The position numbers were made by a program, and so were the translations under genes. 64,000 nucleotides of DNA, taken from NCBI GenBank assembly GCA_012295275.1, contig CM022673.1:23002001-23066000 (forward strand), in the 5' to 3' direction. The DNA comes from Chrysomallon squamiferum (taxonomy: Eukaryota; Animalia; Mollusca). Position 1 is the first letter of the stretch. Each line of letters starts with the position of its first letter. The notes beneath the pieces were generated by a model. It had not been told where the DNA came from. It did no database searches and worked only from the letters and a program-made list of their open reading frames with translations. Shown piece after piece: positions 29,998-64,000 of this stretch.

Positions 29998-32900
29998 TTT
30001 TTTTTTTTTTTTCTCGAGATAACTGCAGCTATTAACACTGAAGTACAGCCAACCAGAATGGAAATCTTTGTGAATAATCCCTTTTTACCAGAGGACAGTT
30101 TTAAAGCTCGGAGTGAGATTATTTGTCTTCCTCAGTTTGCCGTTTCTGTCTTTAACTGTGTAATACGCGTGTAAAGATCCGTGATCGAACATACATTAGT
30201 TTATAACCGTGTTAACAGCAAGCCAATTACTTGGGTGAACTGTTTGTGCTGACTTGATATTTCCACCATGTAGGTTCTGTCAAACTCGTTTTCTGAAGTA
30301 TAATAACAGCAAGATAATGGATCTTTTCTGAGGATAAAACTTGTGTTTTTAAAAAAGATTATATTTTTCGTGAGATCTGTTAATGGTAATTCATTTTGAA
30401 ATAAAAAAAAAATAATAATAATAAAAGCAAAGAAAAAAAAAGGAAGAAAGAAAGAAACAGAACGAAAAGAAAAAAGAAAAGAAAGCAAGAAACAACTATT
30501 TTCCTAAAACTCCAAACAAATAAATACCAACAAAAACAAACTGTCGGAGCAGTTCAATGCAAGGAACGTTAGTAGTAATAAAAATTTTAATGCGTGACAT
30601 TTTTCATAATAAAGAGCAACAAATATAAATATAAATTTTTTTTTTTTTTTAGAAGACACCGTATTCTATATAATTTGGCTGAGAGATCCCATTTCGCTTA
30701 AATTAATGTAAAAGAGTAATTATTTTACGATATCCAGCGAAGTGACATTGAATGATAGTTACACCTAGACATAGATCACAGAAACTGATTTAACATTCTT
30801 CGAAAAAGTTGAAAAAAAAAAGTTATTATTAATATTATTATTATTTAACGACGTCATTGATGCGTATTTCAACCACAGTCAAGGATGATGAAGAAATCCT
30901 TTGCAGCCATGTGACTTGTCATTTTTTTATGTAACTTCAAACAGAGAGGAAGTAGCTGTGATAAAACAGTCATTGGCTAGAGCTATAAATAGCACAGTCA
31001 GCGCTGCAAGGAGGCTTGATGTCGCGACCTGTCACGTCTCACAAATGTATCGTAACCAACTGTGCATAGACAGAATAAGAAACGAGAAAAACAAACTGAA
31101 TTTGTGCGCATAGTTTACAAATAACTTCAAGTTAAAATTAATAAAAAGTGCTTCAAAATAAAATTCTATTTAAATTGTCAATGATTATTTTTTATTATTT
31201 TTTTTATTTCTATTAGACACTTACCGTCAGATACTCAGAACACATACATACTGAAAATGGAAAAAGCAGCCGCCTCATTACATTGATCGTCAACTTATGT
31301 TTCATTTATAATATTCTTTCTTTTGAAAAATGAACTCGGATGTTGAATTAATTTTTTATCATTTACAGAAGATCCAGGAAACTATAGCAGCTACTACTGA
31401 CACAATAAACCTTCAAAACGCATTCATGAATATTACACATCTTTTAACAAACAACGAAAAATAACTGAGATTAACATAACATAGAAATACTGAAATGAAT
31501 AAAAATCAGTTTAATCATGAATCAAAAAGAAAATGTTATATTACAGAATAATAATAAGTTTTACAGTGCAGGCCAAAGGTTTTGCACATTTGAATAAAAT
31601 AATTATCTTGGCAAAAGAACTTAACAGTGTAGTCAGTTATAAGGGAATAATTTCTCAAAGAGCATGTCGCCATTTAATTATTTCTAAATTGTGGTGAGTG
31701 TCAAATTAAAACTTTTTGCTGTGACATTTTGAACAAAATTAACTCAGCTGCTACAATATATTTCCATTTTTTTTTTAATAAGTGATACAAATTTTTAATA
31801 ATAATAAACATATATCACACTGTGTTCACTTAGTTTCCAATAAATTACGTTCTCCAAATACATCCCAGATTACTTTAAAGTCATAATTCTTCCTGTGTAA
31901 AATTTAATGGAACATTAATCCGTAATTCTAACAGACTGAGCGTCTGATCAAACTCTCATATCTCCTCTAGGGAACTGAACTAATAGTTACAAAGCCACCA
32001 CCACCAATAAAACGTTCATCATCTCATAATACATCTTTCAAATAATCATCGTTTAAGATGTCAACTTTTCAAGAATGAATAAAAATCATTTATATTACAA
32101 CACTAAAAGTATGTAATGGACCCCAGTTCAAACCAGATTTTCAGTTTCATGACTTGACTTTTCTCTCCGAGTTTGAAATGATTGCTGACGAGCAATAACG
32201 AAGACGATGGTGATGATAATGATGACCATGATGACTGTGACCATAATGATTATTGTGATGAGAAGATCAGTAATAACAAATAGTTTCGAAATTATGTCGA
32301 TCAAACCAGTTAATAAAATACCTTTTAATCAAAATGAAATAAAGTTTCTGATGTATTAAATAGTTTTCATGGAAGACTTTAAATTCCAAAATAAAATGAT
32401 GATGGCAGCAGCAACAGCAACAGTAGCAGTGTTAGCAATTAATAATAATAATATAATAAGAACAACAAAAACAACAATAACAAAATCTATTACTATACTA
32501 CAAACGACCAAAATAAATAAATATATAAATAAATAAATAAATCAGTAAATAAAAAGAAAAAAATGCCACAAACGCCGTATCGCAACCTGCGCCTCTTACA
32601 TTTGCTTCCTTACATGTTTGCAAAGTCCTTTGAGAATCTTGAGAGTGATAGCAGTTTCCTCTAGAAGATTTTTCTGGTTGAGATATTAGTCGACTGGGCT
32701 ATTAGTGAAATTTATAGTCAGAACAAAGCGTTGTAGTTCATTTGTACGAAACATTAACGTCCATCTAAATGCCCAGGTTATATTCAGTTTGCCTAATTAA
32801 ACAATATTCATAGCAACGCTTAGTTTCAGAAGTTATGTCTAGTATAATTTTATATGGCAATTTAAATCTAAGTAAAATGTTTTATGTGGCATGTCATGTT

Positions 32901-33328
32901 TACAAATGATAAATTAATCAAAGTATAAACGTATCTATCTCTAATCCATTGATCTGTGTATTTTCGCTATCTCTTAGTTGTATATCTAGTGATCGGTTTC
33001 TTTAGGCAGTAGTATAGCCTTTTAAATCTGTCTGTGTATCAATGTATCAATCTATCTGTTTGTTTCTCTTACATATCTGTTTTATTGGATGGATATATTA
33101 ATATATGTATATGTGATCCTATGTTAGCATGTTGTTGTTTTTTTATCACAGAGAATAAAATGTCATAAAAAAAATAAGCCTTTGTTAATTTATGATTGTC
33201 AGTATTTTTTTTTTAGCAAAGGCTTTTGTGAAGAAATTGTAAAACGAATTTATACCATCAAAAATGTACATGAACTAACTTGCACTGAAATTTAATTCTC
33301 GTGTTTGTTACAGGAAGGTCTCTTCGAC

Positions 33329-50566
<17,238 letters not shown>

Positions 50567-50722
50567 ATTCCTGATGTCGTCTTTACGTAATAAGGCACAA
50601 GGTACAAAGAAGAGTGAAACCTAAAAAGTCTCTGTACATTAAATTGTTAAATATCACATCTTTTATACACGAATATTTACATTCCAATAAATCGATCCAG
50701 TATCTTTAATATTGTGTTGGAT

Positions 50723-50725
<3 letters not shown>

Positions 50726-50808
<83 letters not shown>
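50726..50808. repeat. (AG)n microsatellite
   Basis: Pure dinucleotide run. Confidence 0.95.
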
Positions 50809-50812
<4 letters not shown>

Positions 50813-51249
50813 AATGTAGATAGCAGTTTATTTATTTAATGATTTAATGTGTTTGTCTTTTGAAATAAAGCCAATCTTATGGAACTTACAGAGATGTGTA
50901 ATGTAATACTATTTTGTCTGACAGAAACAGACAATCCGTATCTAATGAAAATAATGTGTACTTGTCAATATGTCAGTTTATATGCTAATACTATTTTCCC
51001 CATCAAACGAGCTAATTAAAATGTAGGTTCTATCATAAAGAACATAGGTCTACGATTATCTTAAACCAACTTATCAAAGTCACACCAGACTGAGTCACTG
51101 TAAACCGTAAATTCTTTGAACTTTACGTTTTGCACTTGCCGAGATAATAATGTGAACAAACTAAATTATTATTATTATTATTATTATTATTATTTTTCAG
51201 TAAACGTCCTTTGATATTCCACATCACTGTAGCTGACATAAACGGTATT

Positions 51250-51369
<120 letters not shown>

Positions 51370-52203
51370 CGGTCGAGTTACGACAGTTTGAAGATATGTT
51401 AACCATGTTATGCTAAATTAACGATTCTTCTACTGTTCTTTGTAGATTATTTATTTATTTACTACCACTGCTACTGCTTCTATTATTACTACTACTACTA
51501 CTTCTGCTACTGCTACTAAGATAACAACAATAACTACTAATTATTTCAAATGGGGAATGTTTACCAAAGGAGGAAAAATAAAAACTGGATTAAAATGCAC
51601 TTTAAATAATCCGAAGACAGCTATCATTAAAAAACACACAAAATAACACGAAGACTGTCGACAATAACAGTTCGTTTGATGTAGAGGAAAACGAATAAAT
51701 AACCTTTTTGTCAAAATATCCATTTATCAGTGGAAGATAAGTTGAAGGTATATATAAATGACAAAAGCTGAAAAAAACTGGTTTTCTGTACTTGTTTCCC
51801 CAAGGCTGTCGTGACGTAGACAGTTTCCTCGTGTTAATGAGATGAAACAATTGTAACGACGTTGTCTGCTTGTCACCTTGTGGGCATATCCCAAACGTAT
51901 GTCATTCACGATAGTTGTTTTCTGAGAATTAACACAAAATCTGTTGTGTAACTCTCAGAGGGGGCGTGTTAAAGGAAACTGGAGATGTCAGTTTGGCGCG
52001 AAATATTTTGTGCATGAGATTTACAGTTGTCAGTATATATATATATATATATACTTACAAGTTAAAAACAAGCAATGAAAAACAAAAAAAGAAAATAAAT
52101 AGATTAAGTGTTTAAAATATTCAGGAATAAGAATAAAAATCAGTAATACTTCGTTTGACTTGGGAGTAAAACGGGAAAATAACATTTGTGTAAAAATAAA
52201 GAC

Positions 52204-52236
<33 letters not shown>

Positions 52237-53264
52237 TGTATGTATGATTTTATGCATGCATATGCCCGTGAGTGTTTTGTATGTGTAGCTGACGTCTGGT
52301 TCTTTTCACAAACTATCGAAGTTCGGTCTGATTGTCGGTATGAGTGTGTGTGTGTGTGGATATGTTCAAGTGGAAAGAGACATAGACATAAACCTGTTAC
52401 TGGCTCTGCACAACATACACACATCCAGACATACAAACATATAACTAAGAATAAAACAAAAAACACAGATATTTCGAAGATTAAATTTATTTTTAAAGAC
52501 AGAAAGGAAAATGTTCTTCCAATTTCACAACCGACCAAAGGATGACAGCGAAGGGAAATAATCCCAGCTGTAGCTGTTAATATTAATGTTAGTCCTTTTT
52601 TATTATTCTTGGAATGTACTGTGTAAAAGCGTAGAATTTAGATGCAAAATTATCTTTAGGATCTATATATAACTGATTATATGAAATTAATAAAAATTGT
52701 ATTAAAAATACAAAAAATCTATGTCCTTTCTATTTTTAAAGAGAACTATTCAAAAACAAAAGAGTAATCTACAAATGAAAACTAAAGAAGGAGAAAATAC
52801 AACGTTTATATATGTATAAACAGTAGATATAATTTTTTAAACATTCTTTCCTTCGGGCACAAAAAGGCCAAAGTTTGTTTCTTTTCGAACTGAATTGGAC
52901 TGTCAAATTCATTTTCATTGTCTCTCATGCTGGGAAATGTAATTTTTTGCTGTCACTGGGTAACCCAAATGTTTTTCATTCAACGTAAAACGATAGTTCG
53001 GTATTTTTAAAGTTTACTTCTTGTTGTTTTCGTTTCTGTAGTTATTATTATTCGTATTATTATTATTATTATTATTAATTTATTTTATACACAATAGTTT
53101 TTAACGAATCAGTTTTATATGAATTTTATTAAAATTAAAAAATATACATGTTTAATTAGCCAAATATTGCACCAGTAAATATACTGATATTCTTAACAGC
53201 ATTCTGTGGTTAAAATGTTGTTTATCTACAGCAGTATATTTATTTTTTAAAAATAACGAGTAAA

Positions 53265-61983
<8,719 letters not shown>

Positions 61984-62097
61984 GATTATTTTCCGTTGAT
62001 TTTTAAACTCTTTGTTTTTTCTTCTAATTCTTCTTGTTTTTCTTTCCTCTCTTGCTTTCTGCTCTGATCAGTGAAAGGTACGGCTGGTTCAATTGGT

Positions 62098-62132
62098 GAC
62101 TGGGATGACAAGCAAACAAGGTGTATTATATA
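62098..62132 (-). promoter_or_regulatory. Candidate core promoter of exon A
   Basis: TATATAAT starts at 62132; Inr-like CCAGTC has its A at 62101, 31 nt downstream. Confidence 0.5.
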
Positions 62133-62450
62133 AAATACGTGGAGCAAAGAGACGCATGATGGGATAGTAAACCAACATAAATAAAAAAGTTTTGTAGATG
62201 TCCCGAATTGTAACCAGCAAACTGTGAGGAATGTGTGTAGGTGAAGTACTGTCGATTATTATCAGATCTCCAATATGATGTTTTGTCTACATCTGACATA
62301 CACAACAATAAAGTGTGTGAAATCTCAAGAATCTGAGTGATGTTTTACTTTACGACTTTCTGTTCTGTTTACTCCTGCTAGCGTTTTACACTTTAATTTC
62401 AAATAAACAAAATATTGCACTAACCCAGTAAGAAAAACCTGGAATAATAA

Positions 62451-62481
<31 letters not shown>

Positions 62482-63417
62482 AAATAAAAATAAAGTAGGT
62501 AAACATGGGTTTTATTTATTAAAATTTTAACGTAAAATAATAAAAAAAAAAAAAGGATAATTTTCAGATTATAGGCATTGTATCTCTGTTTCTGTGTCTT
62601 TAATTCTCTTTTCTTCTCTCTCTCTCTCTTTTCTATATCTTTTCCTCCATTTCTGTTTCTCTCCCAGTTACACAAAAGATATATTGTTCAACTATATTTC
62701 TTATTCAGTGCAAAACATAAATAACCATGAAGAAGATACTCATACATTTTTCAGTAACACATCACATTAATATTAATATTAATATTAATCAAGGATTACT
62801 GTGATCTGAATTTAACATGGATGAATTTGTTTAATTGCATTATAAATGCCAAACAGTGCTTCATCACTGAAAATTTTACTTTTCTTTTGATTAAAAAAAA
62901 CAAATAGTAACTTTCTAATAAAATAAAATAATAATATAAAGAAAATAAATAACAAAAAGCAAAATAAAAATTAAAAAGAGCATTAATTACTGACGGCAAT
63001 AAATACATAAAAATACAGTAAAAATCCCATTATATTTATTCAATTAACTCTTCCATTGTTGCAAGACGAAGAATCATCAATACTAACTTTATAAAACTGT
63101 AAACTGAAACGACTTGATATTAAAACCAAGCAAAAAAATAATTTAAGAAATCACTGAAAAAAAAAATATATATATATATATATATATTATACCAAATAAA
63201 ACACCTCAGTGTATTTCACAAGAAAGAAAACATCTGACGAGTACATTTAAACACACAGATTGGTGGATTATACAAAGCAAAGGTTCAGAAATAATTAGTT
63301 GTTCACATGGGATATTTGCTCTGCTTTGCCATGTATTAAGACCCGCCTGTCGTCAATTGTGAAATATTAGATAGGTTTTATTTGCTGAAAAGAAAAGTAT
63401 TGTCGCCAATTATTATA

Positions 63418-63640
63418 TTGTGTGTGTTTCTGTATATGTATTTTTGTTTGTTTGTATGTGTGTGTGTGTGTGTGTATAAGTGTGTGTGTTTGGGTATGTG
63501 TCTGTGTGTGTATGTGTGTATATATATATAATTGTGTGTGTGTTTGGGTATGTGAGTGCGTGTGTGTGTGTGTGTGCCTGTGTGTGTATGTGTGTATATA
63601 AATAATTGTGTATATGTTCGTGTGTGTGTGTGTATGTGTA

Positions 63641-63696
<56 letters not shown>
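63418..63696. repeat. Compound (TG)/(TA) low-complexity tract
   Basis: Visible dinucleotide runs. Confidence 0.9.
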
Positions 63697-63700
<4 letters not shown>

Positions 63701-64000
63701 GGGGGATCTGTGTAGCACTGGATATAAATGAATTTGTTTCAGTAAATAAAAATCAACATTGTATTAAAATAGAAGATTACAATCCACCAGTTTTCAGTGA
63801 ATCGTTATACAGAAATAAACTGAATCCCTACAGAAATTATTTTATCTTTCAATCGATTGGACTCTCGATATTTTCTCAGGCTGTCTTTTCAGCGATGCAG
63901 ATAAAATTATTGCTGGCCAGACATATGGAGAAAAATATGTGACTGAATAATATTGAATGAGTAATATAAGAGTAATATGGATTAGATAGTTTAATAAAAT

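Overview
This is AT-rich, microsatellite-dense animal genomic DNA with spliceosomal introns. A lophotrochozoan, probably a mollusc, is my inference from gene and repeat style. By following splice sites by hand I reconstructed: (1) the probable last coding exon of an unidentified + strand gene (222-428); (2) a complete 4-exon ARF6 on the - strand (12067-14513, 175 aa), whose first coding intron is a U12-type minor-spliceosome intron; (3) a 13-exon class B1 calcitonin/CGRP-receptor-like GPCR on the + strand (33329-50566, 453 aa); and (4) a convergent calmodulin-like EF-hand gene on the - strand. The EF-hand gene is the most unusual feature. Three paralogous ATG-bearing 5' exons (61819-61983, 59837-60001, 57871-58029), each with a TATA-like element 31-32 nt upstream of an initiator-like site, end in phase-0 donors and have only one pair of shared downstream exons (55028-55137, 53265-53472). 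This is a variable-first-exon/constant-exon cluster that swaps the N-terminal EF-hand. Also present are two MITE-like inverted-repeat elements, a perfect 19-bp hairpin, and a visible switch from CpG-poor to CpG-retaining DNA near 16 kb. Most entries in the ORF track are microsatellite artefacts.
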